Shown here: positions 40,358-52,876 of the stretch, in pieces | Layout: each line of letters opens with the position of its first letter | How positions within the stretch are numbered: the stretch's first letter is position 1 | Assembly: GCA_046290465.1 (NCBI GenBank) | Contig: JBKAGP010000001.1 | Location: 1,856,001-1,920,000, forward strand | Direction of reading: 5' to 3' | From: Planctomycetota bacterium | Lineage (GTDB): Bacteria > Planctomycetota > UBA1135 > UBA2386 | DNA: 64,000 nt | Translations under genes and position numbers: made by a program | The notes under the pieces: model-generated | Databases searched by the model: none | Told to the model about the DNA's origin: nothing | Seen by the model: only the letters and a program-made list of their open reading frames with translations

Positions 40358-41833
40358 ATGCCGGTCGCCCCTCTGGACCTCACCCTGCTGGTGCTCTACG
40401 TCGCCGGCACGATCGCCTTCGGTCTGTGGATGGGGCGCGGCCAGAAGTCGGCGTCCGACTACCTGCTGGGCGGCCGCGACCTGCCGTGGACGGTGCTGCT
40501 GCTGTCGATCGTCGCGACCGAGACCAGCACGGTGACGTTCTTGAGTGTGCCGGGCATCGCCTTCGGCGGCGGCCTCGGCCCCGGCGACCTGCGTTTCCTG
40601 CAGCTGCCGCTCGGCTACCTGGTCGGGCGCATCGCGGCGGCGACGTTCCTGGTGCCGCTCTACTTCAAGGGCCAGCTGTTCACCGCCTACGACGTGCTGC
40701 GCGACCGCAGCGGCGCCAACGTGCGCACGCTGGCCAGCGGCCTGTTCCTGGTGACGCGCACGCTCGGCGACGGCCTGCGGCTCTACCTGACGGCGATCGT
40801 GCTGCAGGTGATGTTCGGCTGCTCGATCCAGGTCGCGGTGGTCTCGGTCGGCGCCGCGACCGTCGTCTACACGGTGGTCGGCGGCATCAAGGCGGTCGTC
40901 TGGACCGATGCGATCCAGTTCGTCGTCTACATGCTCGGCGCGGCGATCGCGTTCGTCGTGCTCGGCAGCGAGATCGACGGCGGCCTCGGCGCGGTGTTCT
41001 CCGACAACGGCATGAGCGAACGGCTGCGCGTGTTCGTCACCGAGTGGGACCTGGCGCAGCCCTACACGCTGTGGGCCGGCCTGATCGGCGGCACCGTGGT
41101 GTCGATCGGCAGCCACGGCGTCGACCAGCTGATCGTGCAGCGCTACCTGTGCGCGCGCTCGCAGCGCGACGCGCAGAAGGCGCTGGTCTGGAGCGGGCCG
41201 GTGGTGCTGCTGCAGTTCGCGGTGTTCCTGCTGCTCGGCCTGTGCCTGTCGGTGTTCTACGCGCAGCAGCCGCCGGACCAGCCGTTCGAGAAGGCCGACC
41301 GCGTGTTCGCCGACTTCATCGTGCACCACATGCCGACCGGCGTCGTCGGCATCGTGCTCGGCGCGCTGTTCTCGGCGGCGATGTCGACGCTGTCGAGTTC
41401 GCTGTCGGCGTCGGCGTCGGCGCTGGTCAACGACTTCGTGCTGCCGATCACCGGCCACCGCCCCGACCAGCCGTTCGCGCTGCGGGCCGCCAAGCTCGCG
41501 ACCGTGATCTTCGCCGGCCTGCAGATCGTCGTCGGCATCAGCGGCATCGGCGGCGGCTCGATCATCGGCCAGGTGCTGGCGATCCAGAGCCTGACGCTCG
41601 GCGTGATCCTCGGTCTGTTCGTGCTCGCACTCGGCGAACGGCGCAACCCGACCGCGTCGATGATCGGGCTGTGCGCCGGCCTCGCGGTCACCTGCGTGAT
41701 CGCCTTCGTGCTGCCGATCGAGTTCGACGACGGCAGCACGTTCGCGATCGGCTGGCCGTGGTACGGGCTGATCACCGGCGCGACGACCGTCGGCGTCGGC
41801 GCGCTCTCGCGGCTGGTCACCCGCCCAGCGTGA
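40358..41833 (+). CDS. Sodium:solute symporter
   Basis: SIVATETSTVTF, GGIKAVVWTD, DQLIVQRYL, AAMSTLSS. Confidence 0.9.
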   Translation: MPVAPLDLTLLVLYVAGTIAFGLWMGRGQKSASDYLLGGRDLPWTVLLLSIVATETSTVTFLSVPGIAFGGGLGPGDLRFLQLPLGYLVGRIAAATFLVPLYFKGQLFTAYDVLRDRSGANVRTLASGLFLVTRTLGDGLRLYLTAIVLQVMFGCSIQVAVVSVGAATVVYTVVGGIKAVVWTDAIQFVVYMLGAAIAFVVLGSEIDGGLGAVFSDNGMSERLRVFVTEWDLAQPYTLWAGLIGGTVVSIGSHGVDQLIVQRYLCARSQRDAQKALVWSGPVVLLQFAVFLLLGLCLSVFYAQQPPDQPFEKADRVFADFIVHHMPTGVVGIVLGALFSAAMSTLSSSLSASASALVNDFVLPITGHRPDQPFALRAAKLATVIFAGLQIVVGISGIGGGSIIGQVLAIQSLTLGVILGLFVLALGERRNPTASMIGLCAGLAVTCVIAFVLPIEFDDGSTFAIGWPWYGLITGATTVGVGALSRLVTRPA

Positions 41834-43147
41834 ACGAACGCATGCGCTGCATCGCGCGCTCGAACGCGTCGATCTGGTCGCGGTAGCGCCGGATCGTCTC
41901 GCGCTTGCCGGCGATCGCGCGCGCGTGCACGTCCTTCTTGGCCTCCTCCCTGGCGGCCTGCTTGCGCCACCAGGTCTTGCGGGTGCGCCGATCGGCGATG
42001 CGCGCCTTGTCGAGGCAGTCCTGCTGCTTGTCGTGGTGGTGCTGCCACAGCTCCTGGCCCGACGCGACGTGCTCCTCGGCCCGCTCGATCTTGCGCCGCA
42101 GGCCGGCGCACACGGTCGTCAGCGCGTCGAAGTCCGGAAACGCGCAGCGCAACCGCTGCCGGTGCACGTCGTCGAACCAGCGCAGCGGCGCCGCGACGTC
42201 GAGGCCGCAGGCGCGGCAGGCGTCGAGCACGCCGAGGTGCTGCAGGCGCGCGTCGATCGCCGCCCCCTGGTCGCCGCTGCCGTCGCGCAGGCGCACGAAC
42301 TCGCGCGCGCAGCGCTCCGCCTCCGCGCGCCGGTCGGCACCGCGCGACATCAGCACCATCGCCAGCAGCAGCTGCGCGGCCGCGTCGCCGGGATCGCCGC
42401 GCACCATCGCGCGCACCTGCTGCTCGAGCCGTTCGCGGTGGCCGCTGGCGACCGCCGCGGCGAACGCGCGGTCGCGCTGCCGGTGCCGCGCCCGCGCCAG
42501 CCAGTCCGGGCGCAGCGGCCGCCCCGCGGCGAGCCGTTGGCCGAGGTCGCGCCAGTGCGGCAGCAGCCAGGCGGCTCCCTCGGGCACCGACGCGGTGACG
42601 TCGGCGCCGTCGGCGAGCGCGTCGGCGACGACCTGCCAGGGCGCCACCGCAGCGGCCGGATCGCACACCGGCGACGGCAGGCCCAGCGCGTGCGCCGTCC
42701 AGAACGGCAGGCGCAGGTCGCCGGGCCGCTGGCGCGCGACTGCCAGCAACCACGGCAGCAGTTCGTGCACGCCGCCGCCGCGCTGCACCCGCGCGCGGGC
42801 CTCGGCGCACAGCCGGTCGACCGCGACCGCATCGCAGCGCACCGGCAGCGCATCGCCGAACGTGCGCATCGCCGGCTCGAGCGGCGGCAGCCACGCCGGC
42901 GGCCGGCCGGCGGCGAACGCGCGGCGGTAGCGCGCATAGGCCGCATACTGTTCGTCGCGCTGGTCCTGGACCGCGAGCCAGCCGGCGAGGCGCCGCTCGA
43001 CCTCGGTCGGTCGCTGCCCCGACTCCGGACCGCTGCCCGGCCCGGAGTCCTGTGCGGGCAGCGCGCCGAGCCCCAGCGTGCCGATCGCCAGCGCGCCGAG
43101 CGCCAGCACGCCGAGCGACCCGACCGCCCACCGCCGCGAGGGCGCGC

Positions 43148-43151
<4 letters not shown>
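41817..43151 (-). CDS. Hypothetical exported helical protein
   Basis: GTGA-coupled to the kinase; signal peptide LPA|Q; TPR-like and coiled-coil-like segments. Confidence 0.55.
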
Positions 43152-46114
<2,963 letters not shown>

Positions 46115-46241
46115 CCGTCTGTATCCGGCTCGGCGGTCCGGGTTACCGGGCCGCTCCTCGGACGTCGACCGGCGTCGATCCGTCCGCGTAGGCCGAATGC
46201 CGCAAGGTGTGTCGCGGTGGGAACGATTAGCCTGCGTGCGT

Positions 46242-46784
46242 ATGGCGAACGTCCCGGAAGAGGTCCGTACCGACCGACTGGTGCTCTCCCGGTGGCGAGC
46301 CGCCGACGCCACCGAACTGCGCGCGCTGCTCGACCGCTGCGACGCGCACCTGCGGCCGTGGATCCCGTTCATGCAGGACGAACCGCGCTCGCTCGAGGGC
46401 ACGCGAGAAAAACTGATCGAGATCGGCGCCTCGTTCGACGCCGGCGAGCACTTCCGATTCGCGCTGCGCGAACGCGCCACCGAGGCGCTGGTCGGCGAGA
46501 CGATGCTGATCGGCCGCGGCGGACCGGGCGCGATCGAGGCCGGCTACTGGCTCGACCAACGCCACTGCGGCAAGGGCTACGCCAGCGAAGCGACCGCCGC
46601 GCTGCTGCCGCTGGCCTTCGAGACGCTCGCCCGGCAGCGCGTGCTGGTGCGCTGCGACGTGCGCAACGAGCCGAGCCTGCGGGTCGCCGCCCGCCTGGGC
46701 GGCGTCGCGATCGACACCGAGCAGCTCGAAGAGAACGGCGAGACCGTGGTGCTGCGCGTGTTCCAGATCACGCCGACACGGTAG
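46242..46784 (+). CDS. RimJ/RimL-family GNAT acetyltransferase
   Basis: TDRLVL, EAGYWL..GKGYASEA, NEPSLRVAARLG. Confidence 0.85.
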   Translation: MANVPEEVRTDRLVLSRWRAADATELRALLDRCDAHLRPWIPFMQDEPRSLEGTREKLIEIGASFDAGEHFRFALRERATEALVGETMLIGRGGPGAIEAGYWLDQRHCGKGYASEATAALLPLAFETLARQRVLVRCDVRNEPSLRVAARLGGVAIDTEQLEENGETVVLRVFQITPTR

Positions 46785-46793
46785 CTTGCGCGC

Positions 46794-47987
46794 ATGACCC
46801 CTCCGTTCTCAGCAGGCCTCGCCGCGCTGGCGCTCGGCGCGCTCGCCCCGCTCGCCGCCCAGACCCGCACTGGCGTCGACGTGCTCGCCGCCGCCGACTG
46901 CAAGCAGCTCCAGGGCCGCAAGGTCGGCCTGATCACCAACCACACCGGCCGCACCGCCGACGGCCGCCGCACCGTCGACGTGCTGGCCGCGAGCGAACAC
47001 GTGCAGCTGGTCGCGCTGTTCTCGCCGGAGCACGGCTGGCAGGGCGTGCTCGACGAGAAGGTCGACGACACCGTCGACGCGGCCACCGGCCTGAAGGTGT
47101 TCTCGCTCTACGGCAAGACCCGCAAGCCGTCCGACGAGATGCTGCAGGGCGTCGACACGCTGGTGTTCGACGTGCAGGACATCGGCTGCCGCTTCTACAC
47201 CTACACCGCCACGATGCGGAACGGCCTCGAAGCGGCCGCCGAGCGCGGCCTGAGGTTCGTCGTGCTCGACCGGCCCAACCCGATCGGCGGCATCGCGATG
47301 GCCGGCCCGGTGCTGCAGAACCAGCGCCGCGACTTCGTCGCCGCCCACACCATCCCGCTGCGCCACGGCATGACGATCGGCGAGCTGGCGCGCATGATGG
47401 TCGGCGAGGCGGCGATCGAGGTCGACCTGCAGATCGTGCGCTGCCAGGGCTGGCAGCGCGCCGACCTGTGGCACGACACCGGCCTGCCGTGGATCGACCC
47501 GTCGCCGAACATGCGGCGCCTGACGCAGGCGCTGACCTATCCGGGCATCGGCCTGGTCGAGGGCACCAACGTCTCGGTCGGCCGCGGCACCGACACGCCG
47601 TTCGAGATCCTCGGAGCGCCGTGGATCGACGCGCGGGTGTTCGCCGCCGACCTCAACGCGCGCCGGCTGCCGGGCGTCACCTTCGTGCCGGTGCACTTCA
47701 CGCCGGACTCGAGCAAGCACCGGGGCAAGCGCTGCGGTGGCGTGCACATCCTGGTCACCGACTGGGCCACGTTCGAACCGGTGCGCACCGGCGTGCACGT
47801 CGCCTGCTCGCTGCATGCGCGGTTCGCCGACGACTGGGACACCAGGCGTCTCGACTGGCTGCTGAAGGACGAGGCGTCGACCGCGGCGATCCTCGCCGAC
47901 ACGCCCGCCGACGAGATCCTGTCGACCTGGAAGGCAAAGCTGCGCACCTTCGCGATGCGTCGCCGGGCATTCTTGATCTACGAATGA
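46794..47987 (+). CDS. NamZ/DUF1343 exo-beta-N-acetylmuramidase (with signal peptide)
   Basis: GLITNHTG, FSPEHG, DVQDIGCRFYTY, LDRPNP, RHGMTIGE, PSPN, GRGT. Confidence 0.9.
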   Translation: MTPPFSAGLAALALGALAPLAAQTRTGVDVLAAADCKQLQGRKVGLITNHTGRTADGRRTVDVLAASEHVQLVALFSPEHGWQGVLDEKVDDTVDAATGLKVFSLYGKTRKPSDEMLQGVDTLVFDVQDIGCRFYTYTATMRNGLEAAAERGLRFVVLDRPNPIGGIAMAGPVLQNQRRDFVAAHTIPLRHGMTIGELARMMVGEAAIEVDLQIVRCQGWQRADLWHDTGLPWIDPSPNMRRLTQALTYPGIGLVEGTNVSVGRGTDTPFEILGAPWIDARVFAADLNARRLPGVTFVPVHFTPDSSKHRGKRCGGVHILVTDWATFEPVRTGVHVACSLHARFADDWDTRRLDWLLKDEASTAAILADTPADEILSTWKAKLRTFAMRRRAFLIYE

Positions 47988-49156
47988 GCCCCCCCGTCGA
48001 GACCGGCCTCGAGCTCGCGCTGCGCGAACCGCCGAAGCGGCTGCGCGACGCGCGCGCGTTCGCGCTGCTGAGCAACCAGGCGTCGGTGACGCGCGGCTTC
48101 GCGCACGCCGCCGACGCGATGCACGAGCGCTTCCCCGATGCCCTGCGCGCGCTGTTCGGCCCGCAGCACGGCCTGTGGTCGACCGAGCAGGACAACATGA
48201 TCGAGACCGGCCACGCGCGCTACCGCGGCCTGCCGGTCTACAGCCTGTACTCGGAGACGCGGATCCCGACCGACGAGATGCTCGACGGCCTCGACCTGCT
48301 GGTCGTCGACCTGCAGGACGTCGGCACCCGCGTCTACACCTACGTCTGGACGCTGACCCACTGCCTCGAGGCGTGCGCCGCGCGCGGCGTCGAGGTGATG
48401 GTGCTCGACCGCCCCAACCCGCTCGGCGGCGCCGTCGCGGAGGGCGCGCTGCTCGAACGGGAGTTCACCAGCTTCGTCGGCCGCGCGCCGATCCCGATGC
48501 GGCACGGCCTGACCATGGGCGAGCTGGCGCTCTACTGCAACACCACGCTGGACGTCGGCTGCGAGCTGCACGTGGTGCCGATGCAGGGCTGGCGACGCGA
48601 CCTGCTGTGGCACGACTGCGGCCTCGCGTGGGTGCCGCCATCGCCCAACCTGCCGCGCGCCGAGGGGGCGCTGGTCTATCCGGGCCAGGTGCTGCTCGAG
48701 GGCACCAACCTCAGCGAAGGGCGCGGCACCACCACGCCGTTCGAGCAGTTCGGCGCGCCCTGGATCGACGCGCGGGCGCTCTGCGAGGCGGTCGGCGAGG
48801 TGCCGGGTGCCGTGCTGCGGCCGGTGTCGTTCGAACCGACGTTCCAGAAGCACCGGGGCGAACCGTGCAACGGGCTGTTCGTGCACGTCACCGAGCCGCA
48901 CGCGTTCCGTTCGTACCGGATGACGATGCAGCTGCTGCGCGCGCTGCGCGAACGGCACGGCGACGCGCTCTGTTGGAACGACCCGCCGTACGAATACGAG
49001 CAGCACCTGCAGCCGATCGACATCCTGGCCGGCGCGCCGGGCCTGCGCAGTTGGGTCGACGAAGGCGGCGACCCGGCCGGCCTCGACGCGCTGGCCGAGG
49101 CGCCGCCGGGCTGGTGGCCGTCGGTCGCTCCGTATCTGCTCTACCCCGAGCGATGA
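47984..49156 (+). CDS. NamZ/DUF1343 paralogue (no signal peptide)
   Basis: FGPQHG, DLQDVGTRVYTY, LDRPNP, RHGLTMGE, PSPN; ATGA-coupled. Confidence 0.9.
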   Translation: MSPPVETGLELALREPPKRLRDARAFALLSNQASVTRGFAHAADAMHERFPDALRALFGPQHGLWSTEQDNMIETGHARYRGLPVYSLYSETRIPTDEMLDGLDLLVVDLQDVGTRVYTYVWTLTHCLEACAARGVEVMVLDRPNPLGGAVAEGALLEREFTSFVGRAPIPMRHGLTMGELALYCNTTLDVGCELHVVPMQGWRRDLLWHDCGLAWVPPSPNLPRAEGALVYPGQVLLEGTNLSEGRGTTTPFEQFGAPWIDARALCEAVGEVPGAVLRPVSFEPTFQKHRGEPCNGLFVHVTEPHAFRSYRMTMQLLRALRERHGDALCWNDPPYEYEQHLQPIDILAGAPGLRSWVDEGGDPAGLDALAEAPPGWWPSVAPYLLYPER

Positions 49157-51177
49157 CCCCGCCCCCGCCCCTTCCGACCAGCGCGTCGTGGCGCTGGACC
49201 GCCGCCGCCGCGCTGCCGGCGCTGCTGCTGTTCGCGCTGCAGGCGGGCTGGCCGTGGCCGTTCTTCTCGGACGACTCGTTCATCTCGCTGCGCTACTCCG
49301 AACGGCTGCTGCACGGCGACGGCCTGACGTGGACCGACGGCGAGGCGGTCGAGGGCTACAGCAACCTTCTGTGGGTCGTGCTGACCGCCGCGCTCGGCGC
49401 GCTCGGCCTCGAGCTGGTCACCGCTGCGCGCGTGCTCGGGGCGCTGTGCACGGTCCTGGCGCTTTGGTCGCTGGCGGCGGCGCTGCGGCCGCGCGACCTG
49501 CGCACCGCGGCGGTCGCGTCGCTGGCACCGCTGCTGGTCGCCGCGACCCAGCCGGTGATGATCTGGTCGCTCGCCGGCCTCGAAGGGCCGCTGCTGCTGG
49601 CGCTGCTCGCCTGGGGCTTCGGCGGCCTGCTGCGGCGGTTCGGCGACCGCGACGCGCGCGACCGACTGCGCACCGGCGCGCTGCTCGCCGCCGGCGTGCC
49701 GTTCGCGCTCGCCTGCTGGACCCGCCCGGACGGCCCGCTGTGGGCGCTGGGCGCCGGCGTCGGCATCGGCGTGCTGGCGCTGCAGCGCGGCGTCGTCGCG
49801 GCGATCGGCCGCGCCTTCTGGTTCGGCCTGCCGGCGGTCTTGGCAGTGCTGGCCCAGCTCGCGTTCCGGCTCGCCTACTACGGCGACTACGTGCCGAACA
49901 CCGCACACGTCAAGGCGGAGCTCGACCCCGCCTCGATCGGCCCCGGCCTGCGGTTCGTGGGCGACGCGCTGCTGGCGATGCCGGCGCTGAGCGGCGCCGC
50001 CGCGACCGGCGCCGCGCTCGCCCTGCTGCTGCCGCGGACCCGCGCGTTCGTCGTGACGCTGCTGCTGCCGGTGCTGGCGTGGCTCGCGTACCTGGCCGCG
50101 ATCGGTGGCGACCACTTTCCGGGACTGCGGCTGCTGCACGGCGTGATCGCGCCGATGGCCCTGCTCGCAGCGCTCGGCGTGCACGCGCTGCCGTGGCCGA
50201 CGGTGCGCGCGGTCGTGGCGATCGCGCTGGCCGTCGGCGGTGCCTGGCTGGATGCGAGCGTCGCGCGCAGCGATCCGCGCAGCCGGCAGGCGCGCGGCGA
50301 GATCTGGGAGTGGCACGGCAAGGCGCTCGGCGAAGCGCTCGGCCGGGCGTTCGCCGAACGGCAGCCGCGCATCGCGGTCGACGCGGCCGGCGCGCTGCCG
50401 TACTACAGCGGCCTGCCGGCGCTCGACATGCTGGGGCTGTGCGACCGCACGATCGCGACCACGCCGTTCCCCGCGTGGATCGAGACGATGCGCAAGGAGA
50501 TCCCGCGGCCGCCCGGCCACATGCGCGGCAACGGCGCCTACGTGATGGACCGGCAGCCGGATCTGATGGTGTTCCAGCACGCGCCCGGCCTGCCGCTGCC
50601 GGTGTTCGTCAGCGCCTGCGAGTTCGAGGCCGACCCGCGCTTCCTCGAGCACTACCGGCTGTTCCTGCTCGACCTGCACGAACCGGAGATCCTGCCGGGC
50701 CTGCGGCAACCGCACCTGGCGTCGATCTGGGTGCGCGTCGACGGCCGCGCCGGGATCCGGCGAACGCCCGACGCGGTCACCGTGCCGGCCTACCTGTTCG
50801 GTTCGTACCGCCTCGGGGGGCCGGCGATCCGAAAGCACCAGCCGCCGACGGGCGACCCCGCGGCCGACCGCGCGGCGCTGGCCAACCTCGGCCGCACCGC
50901 GCAGTTCCTGACCGCGCGCAGCCCGTTCGCCGAGCCGGGCGACGACGGCGCGCTGCAGCTGGTGCTGGCGCCGCGGCAGGTCGTGACGTTCGCGCTCGAG
51001 CTGCCGGCCGGCAGCTGGCTGGCTCGCAGCATGCCCGAGCACGGCGGCGCGACGGCGGACTTCGAAGGCGCCGAACGGATCACGCTGGCAGAATCCGGTC
51101 CCGCGACCGTGACCCTGCGCGCCGGCGACGCATCCGCGCGGCCGCAGCGCGTTGTGCTGCAGCGACTTCCCGACTGA
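49153..51177 (+). CDS. GT-C-fold membrane glycosyltransferase-like protein (AftB-like N-terminus)
   Basis: DDSFISLRYS..GDGL..VEGYSNLLW, TRPDG, YYGDYVPNT, DMLGLCD; many TM segments. Confidence 0.7.
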   Translation: MTPPPPLPTSASWRWTAAAALPALLLFALQAGWPWPFFSDDSFISLRYSERLLHGDGLTWTDGEAVEGYSNLLWVVLTAALGALGLELVTAARVLGALCTVLALWSLAAALRPRDLRTAAVASLAPLLVAATQPVMIWSLAGLEGPLLLALLAWGFGGLLRRFGDRDARDRLRTGALLAAGVPFALACWTRPDGPLWALGAGVGIGVLALQRGVVAAIGRAFWFGLPAVLAVLAQLAFRLAYYGDYVPNTAHVKAELDPASIGPGLRFVGDALLAMPALSGAAATGAALALLLPRTRAFVVTLLLPVLAWLAYLAAIGGDHFPGLRLLHGVIAPMALLAALGVHALPWPTVRAVVAIALAVGGAWLDASVARSDPRSRQARGEIWEWHGKALGEALGRAFAERQPRIAVDAAGALPYYSGLPALDMLGLCDRTIATTPFPAWIETMRKEIPRPPGHMRGNGAYVMDRQPDLMVFQHAPGLPLPVFVSACEFEADPRFLEHYRLFLLDLHEPEILPGLRQPHLASIWVRVDGRAGIRRTPDAVTVPAYLFGSYRLGGPAIRKHQPPTGDPAADRAALANLGRTAQFLTARSPFAEPGDDGALQLVLAPRQVVTFALELPAGSWLARSMPEHGGATADFEGAERITLAESGPATVTLRAGDASARPQRVVLQRLPD

Positions 51178-51316
51178 ACGCTGCGCCGCATCAGGTCCTT
51201 CACGGCGTCTTCACAGAGTGCTCGTCGGCGCCACACGGCGTCGCGCAGACTGTTTGGCTGCAATTCGACGCTGCCACCCGGCGTCGGGGCCAGACTCGCG
51301 AATCCAACTGAATCCA

Positions 51317-52762
51317 ATGATCCGATCCACCACCAAGTTCCTCGCCGCCTCGGCGCTCCTGATCGCGAGCGCCGCCGCGCAGGTCATCCCCACCGGCAGC
51401 GTCGTCGTGCTTCGCTGCGGTGACCCGAACGGCCTGACCCTGAGCGGCGATGCGCACCCGGTCTTCCTCGACGTGTTCGACTCGCAGACCAACGCGCTGC
51501 TCAACACCATCGAGATCCCGAGCAGCGCCAGCAACCCGCCGGCGACGCCGTCGTTCTCGCAGAACGGCTTCTCGTTCAGCGAAGGCTGCCTGAGCCTGTC
51601 GGCCGACAACCGCTACCTGGTCCTGGCCGGCTACGACCGCGCCATCGGCGCCTCGGACCCGGCCAGCGAGTCGGCCCTGACCACGCCGCGCATCGTCTGC
51701 ACGGTCGACACCCTGACCGGCGCGATCGACACCAGCACGCAGCTGACCGACGCGTTCGACCAGTCGACGTTCCGCGGCGCGACCAGCGACAACGGCCAGC
51801 GCTTCTGGGTCTCGGGCAACGGCGGCGGCGGCGGCTCGGTCCGCTTCGTGGCCAGCATCGGCGACAGCACCTCGACCGACATCGTGCAGGGTCCGTCGAA
51901 CGGCCGCTGGATCGGCATCCACAAGGGCCAGCTCTACATGAGCAGCGCCTCGACGAGCGCCTCGGCGCAGGGCGTGCTGCAGGTCGGCACCGGCCTCGAG
52001 ACGCAGCTGACCACGGCGACGATCCTCAACGGCTTCCCGCTGACGCAGCAGATCGCCGACGGCGCGCCGCACGGCTTCTGGTTCGCGGACGACCAGACCC
52101 TCTACGTCGCCGACGACTCCGGCTTCGCCGGCGGCACCAACTGCGGCGTGCAGAAGTGGACCGAGAGCGGCGGCACCTGGACCCGCCAGTACGTGCTGAC
52201 GACCGGCCCCGGCAACTGCGCGGTCGGCATCACCGGCATCGTGCGCGACGGCGTCGCCGAGATCTGGTTCACCGATGCGGCGGCCACCGGCTTCAGCAAC
52301 ACGCTCTACAAGGTCGTCGACACCGGCCCGAACGCGACGCCGGTGCTGGTCGCGACCGAGCCGGCCAACAGCGACTTCCGCGGCGTGCAGGTGATCGGCT
52401 CGACGATCGTCACGACCCCGGGCGGCTGCGGCACGGCCGAGCTGGCGGTCACCGCCAGCGGCCTGGTCGGCACCAACATCTACTCGCGGGTCAGCAACAC
52501 CAACGGCTTCGCGTTCACCAACATCAGCTTCACCCCGGTCGGCCTGCCGCTGCAGAACTGCGGCTGCACGGTGCTCTACGACCTCGGCTTCCTGGCCGGC
52601 CAGGCGGACCTGACCATCACGCTGCCGAACAACCCGGCGCTGAGCGGCCAGGTCGTCAACATCCAGGGCATCGACCTGTTCGACACCGTCACCGGCTGCG
52701 CGCCGATCGTGAACGGCCTGCCGCTGTCGACGACCGACGGCAAGAGCGTGCTGATCTTCTGA
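51317..52762 (+). CDS. Secreted beta-rich (propeller-like) protein with shared C-terminal domain
   Basis: Signal peptide AAA|Q; SEGCLSLSADNRYLVLAGY, LYVADD, FRGV. Confidence 0.75.
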   Translation: MIRSTTKFLAASALLIASAAAQVIPTGSVVVLRCGDPNGLTLSGDAHPVFLDVFDSQTNALLNTIEIPSSASNPPATPSFSQNGFSFSEGCLSLSADNRYLVLAGYDRAIGASDPASESALTTPRIVCTVDTLTGAIDTSTQLTDAFDQSTFRGATSDNGQRFWVSGNGGGGGSVRFVASIGDSTSTDIVQGPSNGRWIGIHKGQLYMSSASTSASAQGVLQVGTGLETQLTTATILNGFPLTQQIADGAPHGFWFADDQTLYVADDSGFAGGTNCGVQKWTESGGTWTRQYVLTTGPGNCAVGITGIVRDGVAEIWFTDAAATGFSNTLYKVVDTGPNATPVLVATEPANSDFRGVQVIGSTIVTTPGGCGTAELAVTASGLVGTNIYSRVSNTNGFAFTNISFTPVGLPLQNCGCTVLYDLGFLAGQADLTITLPNNPALSGQVVNIQGIDLFDTVTGCAPIVNGLPLSTTDGKSVLIF

Positions 52763-52876
52763 TCGCGGCGCTGGCGGTGCCTCGCCGAGGCGCCGCTGGC
52801 AACGGGGCGCGCCCTGCGGCTACCGCAGGCGACGGCAGACAGTTACGCTGTGGCGGGCTAGACCCCGCCCGCGTCC

